NCBI GenBank assembly: GCA_964016885.1
Contig: OZ024746.1
Location: 39,928,001 to 39,992,000 of the forward strand
From: Eledone cirrhosa
Lineage: Eukaryota
Direction: 5' to 3'
DNA length: 64,000 nt
Shown: positions 26,886 through 42,290 of the stretch, in pieces
Layout: every line of letters begins with the position of its first letter
Numbering within the stretch: the stretch's first letter is position 1
Notes under the pieces: generated by a model
What the model was told of the DNA's origin: nothing
Database searches by the model: none
What the model saw: only the letters and a program-made list of their open reading frames with translations
Made by a program: the position numbers and the translations under genes

Positions 26886-27759
26886 ATTATATTATATTAT
26901 TTATCCTTTAATTGGCAGGCTTTTTTGACGGGGCTCTACTGGATTCTTGTAGGAGTGGAGATTCGAGTAAAAACATTGTACAAAACTATCTTATCCCATA
27001 CCGACGTATCTTTCGCTAACTTCAGAACTGTGGTGTTGTGTGTAATATCGCATTAGTTGTGTATCAACTAATGCGATATTACATTTCTAGTGGAGAGGGA
27101 AGTTTTCTTTGACCCTACAACAGCAGCTAGGGTATATTCTTTACAGTATTTTTTTATCTCATAGACGGGCCACATGAATAGGATATCTTGACAGAATTGC
27201 AATTGAATATTTGAACTGTTGTGGTGGAAAATGTCTATCTATTCAATGTAAAAATGTCTTACCTTACATTAGTCTTTACTTTAAGGGAAAAGGAACGTGC
27301 GAACAAGATAATTCTTCTTTTTCAGTTAGTATTTTTACGTATGGTTGGGTTAGGAATAATTGGGTGTCTACTTAATTTTGTCATTAAAACTACTATCTAG
27401 GAGGGTTTGGTTGTAGTGTGGCACGGCCTTATCTAAAATATCCCTGGTTGCTGGTAGATTTGAGATCCTACGACTAATATTAGAAACTAAGATTTAAAAA
27501 CAGCAAGGGAGGTGGCATAAGGCTTTGTTAATATATTTCAATTTTCCGTTAGGTTTATGGTAGGGTTTATACGAAGCTGATTAGGGTTCTACTGGTATGG
27601 AATATAAGGTAATATTCCTGGCTTTATCGCTGCTACAGAGGCCTGGTTGGAGGCCCAATCTTCCGAGTTATTTTTACGGGGTGTAGAAAAAGTGAAAGAC
27701 TGCTGCAGTCAGTGTGTGAATCTGAGAGGGGAATATGTTGAATAAAATCTGGGTACAGA

Positions 27760-29365
<1,606 letters not shown>

Positions 29366-29367
29366 GT

Positions 29368-29455
<88 letters not shown>

Positions 29456-30104
29456 TCTTTATACCCGCATTTCCATTTCATAAACTTCTTCTCTATATAC
29501 ATATGTATATATACATATGTATACATATATATATATATACATACATACATCTGTATATACACACGCAATTAACCAAACATATCACCGAAACGTTTTATAT
29601 TATGATATTCATATAGCAGTCACTAACTCGGCAGAACATATGTAGGTCTAGATTCATTGCTAGCTATTAGACTAATTACCATCAGTAGTTCTATTAATAC
29701 AACTTTCTACTTACATTGAAGCAACACTCAATATACACTCATTGAAAGAACTCATAAAAATTGGAAATGATATAAGTGGTAGCAACTATTAGATATTATG
29801 GCTCCACCCAGTAGAATCTTAAAACTGATTCAACCTCCTGTAATATTTGGAAGTTTAAATACAGTTTCTCTTGTTCGTGCAATCTATCTAGTTTAGGCTT
29901 GAGAACTATATAAATCTTTAAACCTCTATGGAGCCACACGTGTACATACATATACACACTTACAAACATAATAGACACACACGCACAAAGATACATATAT
30001 ATGTGTGTATATGTATATATATGTGTGTATATGTATATATATATATATGTGTGTGTACCCTAGGTTGGTCGCCATCAAGTTCGCTTCCAGCAGGGTGTCT
30101 CTCA

Positions 30105-30540
30105 TTGCTGTAGTGGAGTCTGTGCTGCTGTATGGGTCTGAGACTTGGACACTGACCAAGAAACTCACTCAAATGGTGGATGGGTGCTACACGAGAATGC
30201 TGCGGATGGCTCTGAACATTAATCAGTATACACTGAGGATGAAAAACTCAGAGCTGTATGGGAGCATCCCAAAAGTCAGCTCAAAAGTGACACAGAGGAG
30301 ACTGAGGTTAGCTGGACATGCTCACCGACATCCAGAGTTGACATTGCACTCAGTACTCCTTTGGGAGCCCCTACATGGACACACTAGAAGAGGAAGACCA
30401 AAGTTAACGTATGTTGATGCCCTAAGGACAGACACTGGTATGTTGGAGATGCAGGACATGGCAGCGATAATGAAGGACAGAGACCGCTGGAGAGAACTCG
30501 TCCATGGATCTCGGGAATTTTACCCGCCTTAGATAGATAG
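30105..30540 (+). mobile_element. RTE-clade LINE 3' fragment
   Basis: VVESVLLYGSETWTL...YTRMLRMALNI...RRLRLAGHAHRH...LLWEP..RRGRPKLTYVD; stop at 30532 runs straight into a tagata tail. Confidence 0.85.
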
Positions 30541-30782
30541 ATATATATGTGTGTGTGTGTGTGTTTATATATATGTGTGTGTGTGGGGGGGGGGGGCGTG
30601 CGTGCGTGTGTGTCACTCTTTCTTCTATATTTGTCTCTATATGGATACATTTATGTCTGACGAGCCTGTAAATGTACAGTTGAAACTCCAGAGTAACAAG
30701 ACGTATCCTTTAGCAATAATAAAAAATATTTAAATTTACTTCTATATTTAGTAGTCATTCTCAAGTCCGTCAATATTACATG

Positions 30783-30842
<60 letters not shown>

Positions 30843-32012
30843 TATTTCTTTATTTACTATAAAGGCATAAAAAGAAGGGACAAATACAAAGGGGGAGTTT
30901 ACATACAATCGAGTAAAAAGGGTGTAAAATGAAAATAATCGAAAACAACCTCAAAAGGGAGGGGACGTGATGGGGGTTGCCCACACACCCGAAAAAGTGT
31001 GTAATCCTTTGCCCGGGGAGCACATGGAGAAGGTGCTCCCCTCTCCTTCACTTCTTTACCTACAGGATGGTATACAGAGAAGGCCCATTTACACGAGCCA
31101 TTCTCGCCACTATCACCCACCTTTCATAAAACTGCCTGTGGCCAAGCACCTCTCTCTCCATTCTTATCCTTCTTCCGAAGTGATATCGGAAGAAGTAGAC
31201 CAGACTATGGCCAGAGTGGAAGTTACCTGACCTCAGACCTTTCAATCGTGTCCACCAAACAACCTCTTTCAACATGGCTTTTACGCACAGAAAAACCGCC
31301 TTTGCTTCCATTGTGAAGAGGGGAGGCGGTTTGATTGTCATCACGGACTCGGCGGTCAATTGAATCGGCGCCACCCGCGACAGCAGTCGTTCGGCGTAGC
31401 CCCACAGATCAGCCACGCCCGGACATTGCACCAATGCGTGCGCAACGGTTTCTTCGTGACGCACGCATCTAGGGCAAATCTTTTTCGAGGGATCCCTGCC
31501 CGGGCGCCCGTGTCTGTAGAGCCTCTCTCGAACGGTAGAGCCCCCCGTTAGCACTGCCAGGCTAGTGACTTCTGGAAGTTGTCCATTGGTCCCGGGCCGA
31601 AAGTCCTACCGAACAGGCTGGCCAGTTCGTCCTCTTCCATGTCCAGCGACTCTCCAAGGGTGTCATCGCCCCTGCTAGCCACCAGCCCTCTATAGAATGA
31701 TGAGGTGGATTCTCCACCGATGGCCTGGCCCGCTTGCCAGAGAGCCCTGAGCGCCTGAGCACACTCAGTGTGCCAGTCTCCCAGTTTTCCGGATCTTTGC
31801 TTGACCCAGGACTGCAGCTCGGTGAGCGAGACGAGTCTCGGAAAGGCTCGTTTCACGAACGGAGCCCACACCGGTTGACCAGTGAGGAATACCTGTAGGT
31901 GCCGTAGCCTTAATGCGTGCCTACGCATCATCAACCACGGCATCCCCAGCCCTCCTTTCGAAGGTTGTTGGCAGCAGATGGATCTTCTCACCATAGGAGG
32001 GCGCTTCTTCAA
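30783..32012 (-). mobile_element. 5'-truncated Tx1/L1-clade LINE (ORF2 C-terminus with zinc finger, 3'UTR, (TATC)n tail)
   Basis: KGGLGMP motif and CPRC..EETVAHALVQC; one frameshift near 31550; ends aataaagaaatatatctatctatc; (GATA)n on both sides. Confidence 0.88.
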
Positions 32013-32019
32013 TATAGAG

Positions 32020-32079
<60 letters not shown>

Positions 32080-32139
32080 GGGTGGATGGACAGGCAGACA
32101 GGCAGACATACAAACAGGCAAACAGATAGATAGATATCT

Positions 32140-32520
32140 TTAGATAGATAGATTTCTTTATTTGCCACAAGGGCGCACAAGAAAAGGGGACAATACAAGG
32201 ACATATGCCGGGGATTTCACATACAATCGTGTAAAAAAATGTTTAAACAAATAAATTCAACAATCGAAATCCCCAATAGGGGGGGGGGGGTTACAAATGG
32301 GTTGTTTAATACCTCGTAGATAGAACAACCCTCAACTCCAGGAGCGTGTTGTGCAAGTGCTCCTTTCCTCCTTTTGCTCTCATTTTCAACCTACAGAGAA
32401 GGCCCAATCACTCGGGCCATTTTTGCTACATTCACCCACCTTTCAGTAAATTTACTGGGGTGCAGTGTCTCTCTCTCCACTCTGATTCTCCTTCTAAAGT
32501 GGTACCTAAAGTCATTTCAA
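32140..32520 (-). mobile_element. second, more diverged Tx1 3' fragment in tandem
   Basis: Homologous to ~30840-31190; same aataaagaaat..tatc terminus. Confidence 0.75.
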
Positions 32521-33114
32521 ACATACACATATCGTTATATACACGCTTGAAATAGCTTTATACTCTATAAAGTGAATTCTATCATACATCTACGACCCTG
32601 TCATTAACACTATTCCACTGTAATAGAAATGTCGTAAACCTATTACAAAATTTGAAAGAATAATTTAGAAATATGTCACTGTTAAATTTTACATAAATAA
32701 TAATACGTAACAAAATCATGGCCTCGGATTTTTGCTTGTTTGTCTTTTATGTATAAATAATATTACAACCTCATTCCATATCAATTCAAAAATAATTACT
32801 TCCTTTGATAAAAATCTCCGTCGCAGAAGAGCATATGTTTCTATGAAATAATACTTTAAAATAAAAACATGCACAGTATCAAACAACATTCACCGAAAAA
32901 TAGTTAATGGAAATACTCATACATCTTTAGATAACATCTTAGAACAGTTAACGAGGATATATTAAAAGTCAATAAACGTAGTCATGAAGCAGATAAAATA
33001 CACGAAATTTAGTATGAAACTAAGATGAACTTAGATTAGAAAGCAGATGAAAGTAAGTTCTTACGTTTAAAGAATATCATAAAACAAATGTTCATATTCA
33101 ATAATATCGAATTA

Positions 33115-33158
33115 ACGTTATCATATACATTATAAAGTGAATACATAAATATACATAC

Positions 33159-33202
<44 letters not shown>

Positions 33203-33239
33203 ATATGATATATTCACTTTATACTTTATATGATAACGT
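33115..33239. mobile_element. MITE-like inverted repeat around a microsatellite core
   Basis: acgttatcatata..tataaagtgaata / tattcactttata..tatatgataacgt. Confidence 0.45.
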
Positions 33240-34867
33240 ATATATATGTGCGTGTGCGTGTGTATAGAGAAGGGGGAGAGAGATACACTCAGTAATATTT
33301 AAGAAGCATTGGTAACACGATTTGAGGATTTTAGAGAATCTTTAATCCGAAATGCTTTCGGATTTCGGAATAGGGTGTTGCAGAGATAACTTCTGACAAC
33401 AAACTGGCACTAACTTGATTGGACTGCCTCGAGTATACCCTAGGTAGATGAGGCCACTTACCGCAGCTGCCACGTAACGCGCAACAGTTACATATCACCC
33501 AGGTCCTGTCAACTCTCCTCCATCCGACGGGGAGGTCTCCCACCCACTCTAGGGTGGGTGAAAGATGTCTTCTCTTGTGAAAATGGATATAACTTTTATT
33601 ATGTAAAATCTCCCCATTTTGCCTCGTTTCTCCCCTTTTGGGGGCACTTTTCTTTCATGGTACTCCCTGTTTGGCCTTCGTGGATTTTTTTCATTTGTGA
33701 CAAGTCATTCAGCACATAAAGGTTTTCGGATTTGGCATTTCTGGGTAAAAGATTCTTTATCTGAATTAACCCACCAGAACCTTAAATCCCTCTCGTTAGT
33801 CAAATTGTTATATACTTCTATATAATACTGTTCGGTGGCCAAGTATTGAGATTTCAAATACACTTGTGTCCCACTTCTGGCAAATTAGTTTTCTGCACTT
33901 TCTCCCCACCACCTAAGATTGCAGTTGTAGCTCTGAAGGTAAAAATACTTTCCATTATGCAAAAAACATGTGCTAAAGAATCTCAACTAAACGACAAATC
34001 TAGTCACTGATTTAAATAATGATTTCTTATGGCTTTAAATAACATTTTTGTGTGTTTGTGTGTGAGATGTATGAGTGTCCGTACGTGTGTATGTATATAT
34101 GGAGAGAACAGAGAGAACGCGAAGGGAAAAGTTTATTTGTAAATCATCAGCATACTCACCGTGGAAGGGGAATTCTTTGCAAAAAGAAAATACCACTCAA
34201 TGGCCCTATCCACCTAGCTGTAAATAGACATAATGGGGGAGGGAGCAATATAAGTAATAAATTCTGCATAATTTACGTAGTTTTCGTTATACTTGTAGTT
34301 TGACTTCAAATTCTTCCAGTGACATGAATTAGGTAAGAGGAAATCTGTTCGCTGCAGTGAATTATTTTTTACGTTGATATATTTGAAACGATGATTTATC
34401 TTCAAGATTATGTAGAAGGCTGAGAGCTTCTGATATAATGTCCTCGAAGAAAGCTATATTTTCAGCATAGTCCGTTGGAAAACTACAGAACTGCTCGGGT
34501 AAATGGGTAGACATAAGGCCTTAATACCTGCAAAGACAGCTTCAACAGATGAGAGGGTGTGTTAAGAAACTACTATATCGATAATTTGTCTACTAATTGC
34601 TTGGATAATTTCAATATGGACCAGAGATTTCTAAATTTTGCCTCATGACATTGTTTTAATTCCGCTACAAATCGTGAAGATGATATTACACCAGAGGAAG
34701 GATCCTCGCGATGTGGAATGGCTGATGCAGCAACTATCGCTGGCTTTTCTCTGCGGCAATGAGTTTGCCACCAAGCCCGTGCGTTTGCAGCTGAGATATA
34801 TCGTCTAGCGAACAGTATAGAATTTAACCCCTCCTCATTTCCTTTCTTTTTTTTCTTTTTCTTTTTT

Positions 34868-34898
<31 letters not shown>

Positions 34899-35683
34899 TC
34901 TTTTTTTCTTTTTCTTTTTTTCTTTTTCTTCTTTTTTTTTGTTATTATGGTGTTGTAAGCAAATTTGAAATATTTTGTACTTGTACGAATATTTGAGTGT
35001 GAAGCGTATTTTTTTTTTTTTTTTTTTAGATCAATAACTTTACGTACAATAAAATGCAGTGATGGGAATCAGTTTTAAGAACTGAGAATGTGCTAAAGAC
35101 CATAAAGAAGAAGTAGAAGGGTATTGCCGCTATATTTCTCCTCTGTTAGAATCTAAGAATTAAAGAACGATACCCCATTACATACACCCCTTCATTTCCA
35201 ATACTGGACTTATGATATGTGATATTATATTTAATTATTCATTGGTTGGTTTCGTTAATTTCTTGTTGTTAACAAAACTTAATTAATGAGTCACGAAATA
35301 TATTTTTACAAACTGTCGTCAGTGGGAAAAGTTTGGAAAGCTCTGATATAAGGAGTAGAAATTAGAGTAGATCTGGTCTTTAAAGCCAGCTTGTGGATGT
35401 TTCGGTATCGTCAAGCTTCCCCCGTGTATTCATTTCTGTTGACAAGACTCGATGGACTTGCGTCGGTTTCGAAGATGAGTGTTCCAGTTGTTGGATCAAC
35501 TGATTAGCCAGCTCATGAATTTAAGGTTTTGTTCCTGGCATTGGCATTATGTTTCTCCGAAAATATTTGTTGAATATTTTTTTGGATTTGTTTTAGTCCC
35601 TGTAGCAAATAAAGATATTATTGTTGTTGTTTTGGTGCTATTGAAAGCTGTTCTCTTTTTTCTCTTTGCTCCATACCCCACTT

Positions 35684-35734
<51 letters not shown>

Positions 35735-36188
35735 CACATATACACACAGTCACGCATTTTTAATACAAGACTTATGCTCGGGGAACGTGTGTATGTATGT
35801 GAGAGACGCCTGCGTGAACGTATGTGTGTGTGTGTGTGTGTATGTTTGTGTGCGTAAAAGAAAAATGTCTATGATACGTGTGTGCGCGTATGTGTGTGTG
35901 TATGTATGTGTGTGTGTGTGTTTGTGTATGTGTGTTGTGGAATGTAATTAAACTTTCTATGGCTAAACACTGTTCTGTTTATTTTTTTCCTTTTGTTTCT
36001 TTATTGTTTAGCAGCTGTCAACACCGCTTAACTGAATTTCGACGCCATCTTTTTTTTCTTTCGTGTTTCAAGCTACGAATCCCCCTTTTAGTTTAGTCCT
36101 AGAAACCTGTGACGAAATAATCGCTGGTATGTCAGAAAAGATTATAGTTCGAATGTTGAAAAAGTCGAATAGCATCTGTTTTTGTCGG

Positions 36189-36262
36189 CTATATACCCGC
36201 TAGAAGAGGGAGGAGAGCAGAAGGGGTTGGAGAGCAGCTGTATTCTATGGCTCAAATGACGT
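36189..36262 (-). promoter_or_regulatory. candidate Pol II core promoter (CRE-like TGACGT and TATA-like box)
   Basis: tgacgt at 36257-36262 and gtatatag (minus) at 36189-36196 within non-repetitive sequence; candidate donor cg|gtaagt at 33462/33461 downstream. Confidence 0.25.
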
Positions 36263-36339
36263 GACAATGTAAGTGAGCTTTAATCCACTTGAGCACGGTC
36301 ACTCTTCTCATAATCCACATTACTTCTAACTTCTTTCTC

Positions 36340-36454
36340 ACTTCTCTTCCCTTCCTTCTCTCTCTCTCGCTCTCATTCCCTCGTATTTACATCTTTCTCT
36401 CTCTCTTTCTTTCTTTCTTTCTCTCTCTCTCTCTCTCAATCCCTCGTATTTACA

Positions 36455-36489
<35 letters not shown>

Positions 36490-36508
36490 CTCTCTCTCTC
36501 TCTTTCTT

Positions 36509-36540
<32 letters not shown>

Positions 36541-36543
36541 TCC

Positions 36544-36583
<40 letters not shown>

Positions 36584-36610
36584 CTCTCTCTCTCTTTCTC
36601 TCCCTCTCTT

Positions 36611-36663
<53 letters not shown>

Positions 36664-37063
36664 TTCTCTCATTCCCTCGTATTTACTTCTCTCTCTTTCT
36701 CTCTTTCACTCTCTCTTTCTCTCTCTCTCTCTCTCATTCCCTCGTATTTACATCTTTCTCTCTCTCTTTCTTTCTTTCTTTCTTTATCTCTCTCTCTCTC
36801 ATTCCCTCGTATTTACATCTCTCTTTCTCTCTTTCTTTCTCTCTCTCTCTCTCATTCGCTCATATTTACATCTCTCTCTTTCTCTCTCTCTCTTTCTCTC
36901 TCTCTCTTTCTCTCTCTCTCTTTCTCTCCCTCTCTTTCTCTCTCTCTCTCTTTCTCTCATTCCCTCGTATTTACTTCTCTTTCTTTCTCTCTTTCACTCT
37001 CTCTTTCTCTCTCTCTCATTCATTATTATTTACATCTCTCTTATACCCTCATCTCTCGCTCTC

Positions 37064-37094
<31 letters not shown>

Positions 37095-37100
37095 GTTCTC
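36340..37100. repeat. (CT)n tract with recurring ctcattccctcgtatttaca unit
   Basis: The unit recurs about 7 times, separated by variable CT/CTTT runs. Confidence 0.9.
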
Positions 37101-37241
37101 TATATTCTCTCTGTTTTAATACATTGTCTCTATAGTGTATGTGTGTGTATATAATGTATCTCATCCACCTGTCAGCTATTCCAATATAAAATATGTTTAA
37201 ATGCTGACTTAATTAGGGACAAATTCCTCTCTCTCTCCCTC

Positions 37242-37276
<35 letters not shown>

Positions 37277-37436
37277 TCACACAATCACTTCATTTCTCTT
37301 CCTTTCTAACAATTTCTCTCTCTCCCTCTCTCCCTCTCTCCCTCTCTCTCTCTTCTCTAGCCTTCTTTCCTCTTCTCTCCTTCCTATCTCTCTATCTCTA
37401 TCTGCCTGTGTTTCCATTGCTATCTATTTATTTGTC

Positions 37437-37468
<32 letters not shown>

Positions 37469-37655
37469 AATTGTTTCTACTTTAGGCACAAGGCCAGCAA
37501 TTACCCAGTGCATTACTGGTACTTTATTTTATCGACCCCGTAAGGATGAAAGGCAAAGTTAACCTCGGCGGGATTTGAACTCAGATCGTAAAGGGCCGTA
37601 ACTATGCTGGAAAGCATGGCGTCCGACCCTCTACCGATACTGCCAATCCACCGCC

Positions 37656-37879
<224 letters not shown>

Positions 37880-37983
37880 TGTGTGTGTTTATATGCTCAA
37901 ATTAAACGGAAAACAGCAGAGCAAAATGATACGGTACAATGAAGATATATATTAGTTGAAGGCTTGATATAGTAGGAAAAGAG

Positions 37984-38019
37984 TCCTGACATTTCGAACG
38001 TTAGTCCCTCATCAGAACA
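37984..38019 (-). ncRNA. degenerate ultra-minimal hammerhead (GAAA-YG-TC type) in PLE-type repeat; relative at 51290-51325 (+)
   Basis: Minus strand tgtt-CTGATGA-g-ggac taac gttc-GAAA-tg-TC-agga; both copies continue ctcttttcctactatatcaagc and end in (AT)n. Confidence 0.5.
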
Positions 38020-38664
38020 TAAAATGACAACTAATAACTAGCAAGATAAAGGAGATGATTGGGATAGGGGAGAAAAGGTAGGCGTGTGTTCAGTTAACCA
38101 AATACACATCTTTCCTCGTTAAACGAAACATTAACAGGTTTCCATGTTCTTATATTGGGTCGTCATTTATTAGTATCAATAAATGGTGGTGGATTGACAG
38201 TATCGATAGAGCGTCAGACACCATTCTTTGCAGCATAGAGTTATGGCCCTTTGCGTTATGAGTTCAAATCCCTCCGAAGTTAACTTACGGTGTCGATAAA
38301 ATAAAGTACCAGTAATGCACTAGGGTAATTGCTGGCTAAACTAGAAACATTTATTAGTATCAATAGAATAGCGACGGATGGATGGATGGGTGGATGTATT
38401 AAAAGGGAAGAAAAATTAAATATATGTGGGAAAGAAAGAAAGAAACAAACAAACAAACAAACAAAGAAAGAGGGGAAATAGTAAGGAAGAAAAGAAGAAT
38501 GAAGTAGAAAATATGTAATGGAAAAATAGTAATGGAATATTAGTGGAGAATAAAATAAGATCTTAAATGAGAAAGAGGTTTAGTGAATTGGTGTGAAAAG
38601 TATTTCTAGAAAGAGAGAAAAAACCTGCATGACGATTAAATATACAGAACTAGGCAAGTATTGC

Positions 38665-39105
38665 AGACATTAAAAATAGATTTCTAAAAGGCTATTTCAG
38701 ATAATCAGCTTTCACAGCTCCTACACGATAAATGGACGAACTAAAGATGTGCATCTACGTAGTCACTCGATCTGCTAGAAATAGTAGCTAAAGCTTGCCC
38801 AAACCACGCTAGACATTAAAATAATAGATTTCTAAAAGGCTATTTCAGATAATCAGCTTTCACAGCTCCTACACGATAAATGGACGAACTAAAGATGTGC
38901 ATCTACGTAGTCACTCGACCTGCTAGAAATAGTAGCTAAAGCTCGCCCAAACCACGCTAGACATTAAAAAATAGATTTCTAAAAGGCTATTTCAGATAAT
39001 CAGCTTTCACAGCTCCTACACGATAAATGGACGAACTAAAGATGTGCATCTACGTAGTCACTCGACCTGCTAGAAATAGTAGCTAAAGCTCGCCCAAACC
39101 ACGCT
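38665..39105. repeat. three tandem copies of a ~147-bp unit
   Basis: agacattaaa..atagatttctaaaaggc...cccaaaccacgct repeated 3 times; no HHR core seen. Confidence 0.9.
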
Positions 39106-40328
39106 GAATCGTTGTAGAGAAGGGAATGTTGGTTAATGTAGTTCTGGGTACCCTATATATATAGGAAAACATACCATAGATCTACTAAATCAGAGCTACG
39201 CAGTGGCTAAACTACAACAACAACAATAAACAATAGACCGAGTTTTTTTGACAATCGGTCCGTTTCTATAAATAAATCCAATAACTTTTTTATAAGGTAA
39301 AGAGCCAACACTTTTGTTATATAAAGAAGGGTAAATATATGCTCGATACATAAAGTATATTATCTTGAGTGAACCCTATGCCTCGTGAGAGGCTTGGGTA
39401 TGGAATACCATCTGTTAACCATGCGTGCAGGTCTCCAATGTTGTCCAAGGAAAAGGTAAGAGCCCCACGGACAAGGGTATTAAAACGACAGGGTAATCTC
39501 AGAATGTGGAGCCGCGTGGCCGAGTGGTAAGGGTGTTGGACTTACAACCACAATGTCATAGAATCAATTCCTAGATTGGGGTTGTCAGTTGTTTTCTTCA
39601 GCAAAAAACTTTTTACATTTTACATTGCTCCAGTATACTCAGCTGAAAATAAGTACCAACAATAGCTGGGGGTTTAACACTGCGATGGACTGGCGTCTTG
39701 TCCAGGGGAAAGAGTTTTGTACTTTCAGTCGCTTCACACCACGGAAACTGAGATAAGTACCGGCCTGCTGAGCCTCAAGACAGACTTTAGTAATCTCACA
39801 ATCCCAGAAATATAACATTCCTCTTTAAAAGTTTACCGTCAGTTCCTTCAAATATGGTACAAGGCGTCCGATTTAAAGGAGAGTAGAAACATTACATTGT
39901 TATATCTTGAATGTTTTTTAAATAAAGACATTAACAGCATCAGTGAAATGAATTGGCTTTAACTCTTTAATTAGTTTCGATTCGTAAGATCGAAATTCAT
40001 GTGCGGATTCAGCTGGCAGAGAATTGGCGGTTTACGGTAATCGATATATTAAATCAAAACGGTTACGCTAGTCCCCTTGTAGTACTTTAACCAAGACAAC
40101 CTATTTTTCTCTCTTAATTGTTACTACTTTCTCTAACTGTCTTTCTCACTATCTTCCTCTCTCTCTCTCTCTGTCTCCCCCTCTCTCTCTCCCTCTCTCC
40201 TCTCAGTCGTTATTTTCATTTTGTCTCTCAATCTCACTTTTTCGTTCTTCTTTTTTTGTCTCTTTCTCTCCCTTCTTTTGCAATCACTAATTCGCTGTAT
40301 CATTTTTACTCGGATTTCCTCTCCCTTA

Positions 40329-40367
<39 letters not shown>

Positions 40368-40373
40368 CATAAT

Positions 40374-40447
<74 letters not shown>

Positions 40448-41245
40448 TATGTATATATATATATATATATATCGCTTCTTACTAATCTTCATCACTTTCT
40501 TCTTCTTTTGTTCCCTTGCGTCCTAATTTATAAGATAGAAAACTCCACGAAACTAAGTATCTAATCAAGTGTGAAATATGCCAGAGACAAACGATAAAGG
40601 AAATCCTCAACAGGCGCTCGGGAACATTTTTCATGCTTTGTTTCTGATAAGCAACAGCTGTTCGTCTTAAGGAACATATTTTACACACAAACGTTACATT
40701 ACATTACTAGAGACGTTAACAAAATGTCGAATCATTGGATTCGATGTTTATTAATTGATTGGGAAGGGGATGAAATACGAGTGACATATGCGATACCCAA
40801 CATGCGATGTACGAAGTCGATTAAAAATGAAGGCAATGGATATTTATACATCAAAGTAATAAAATATTTATCATTGGGTCTTCAAGTATGAAATTTGTAA
40901 AAAAAAAACATATGGCGATATGCCTCACTACAAATTTCATAGTTGACAATCCAATATATATATGTGGGATGGGGGAGCTTAGCGTGAGTTCGATTCTTGA
41001 CGATTCGTTGTGTCCTTGAACAAGACACTATATTCCACGCTGTTCCAGCAACTGGCAAAAAATGATTTGTTCCTGTAATTCAAACGGCCAGACTTATTAC
41101 ACAATTTGTCACATTGAACCAGCCTGAGAACTACGTTATAGGTACACGTGTCTGTGGAATGATGAGCCACTTGCATGTTAATTTCAAGCGCGGGCTATTT
41201 CGATGGCCGAACAACTAGAACACTTCGTCGTTTGAACCGACGGAG

Positions 41246-41290
<45 letters not shown>

Positions 41291-41294
<4 letters not shown>

Positions 41295-41658
41295 AAATAG
41301 TAGAAAAAAAAAGGTTCTATAAAGCTTACCAAGTTATAAACAGAGTAGGACGGACACAGAGAATGATTTCTCTGAATGTGAAAATTAATTTTTTTTCTTC
41401 CCCTTTTTATTTTTATTTTCATTGCCTTCATCATTATTATTACTAATATCACTATTTGTACAAATATGCAACTTAACAATATTCTGCATATCCACAATTG
41501 ACAATGCATTTAATGCTGAAACCGGTATTGTAAATAAATTAATGTTTTGATATCTCACTGAAAAAAATCTCTTCAACATTTTCTACTGAAAGAATCTTTT
41601 TCCTTTCTACTATTTGTTTTTACATATATCAACTCGTGTGTTACTTGTCTACATTCGA
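41291..41658 (+). mobile_element. PLE-type terminal repeat with short inverted end and tail
   Basis: aaacaaatagtagaaa (41291) / tttctactatttgttt (41604-41619); tail aactcgtgtgttac; (AT)n on both sides. Confidence 0.65.
41494..41531 (+). ncRNA. minimal hammerhead ribozyme with U3-A8 core
   Basis: acaa-TTGACAA-t-gcatt t aatgc-t-GAAA-ccgg-TA-ttgt followed by aataaa. Confidence 0.7.
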
Positions 41659-41682
41659 TATATATATATATATATATATATA

Positions 41683-42028
41683 TTGGTAAACGGAATAGAA
41701 AATGCTGGCAAATTGTTCACAGTTGAAAAATAGTTTAGTTTTTACCGGTTGCGCATTTCTAAATGCTTTTCAAAAATAATTTTGAGATAGAGCGTCCGTG
41801 TTGTTTCACGGACGCTCTATCTCAAAATTATTTTTAAAAAGCATTTAGAAATGCGCAACCGGTAAAAACTTAAAAACTTAAAACCACAACTGAATACTAA
41901 CCCATACAATTACTAATACTCTTTTATTCCTAATTAAACTATTTTTCAACTGTGAACAATTTGTCAGCATTTTCTATTCCGTTTACCAATATATAATAAC
42001 TTGTGTGTTACACCTCTATTCTTTTAAC
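41683..42028. mobile_element. PLE-type palindrome plus tail; variant HHR at 41740-41776 (-); second family copy at ~44522-44940 (HHR 44673-44708, -)
   Basis: Inverted arms centred near 41803; minus strand ttt-TTGAAAA-gcattt ag aaatgc-GCAA-ccgg-TA-aaa. Confidence 0.7.
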
Positions 42029-42149
42029 TATATATATATATATATACGGAAAAAATGAAACGAAATTATCCTTCCATGGTTTACAAACACACCGAGCATT
42101 ATAATAAATGTTCGGTGAATCCATACGTACATATATATAAGTGTGCATG

Positions 42150-42230
<81 letters not shown>

Positions 42231-42245
42231 TTATATATATACATA

Positions 42246-42290
<45 letters not shown>

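Noticed and set aside
38665-39105. Second retrozyme-like tandem array
   Set aside because: No CTGANGA/GAAA arrangement found on either strand and not in (AT)n; looks like a local triplication.
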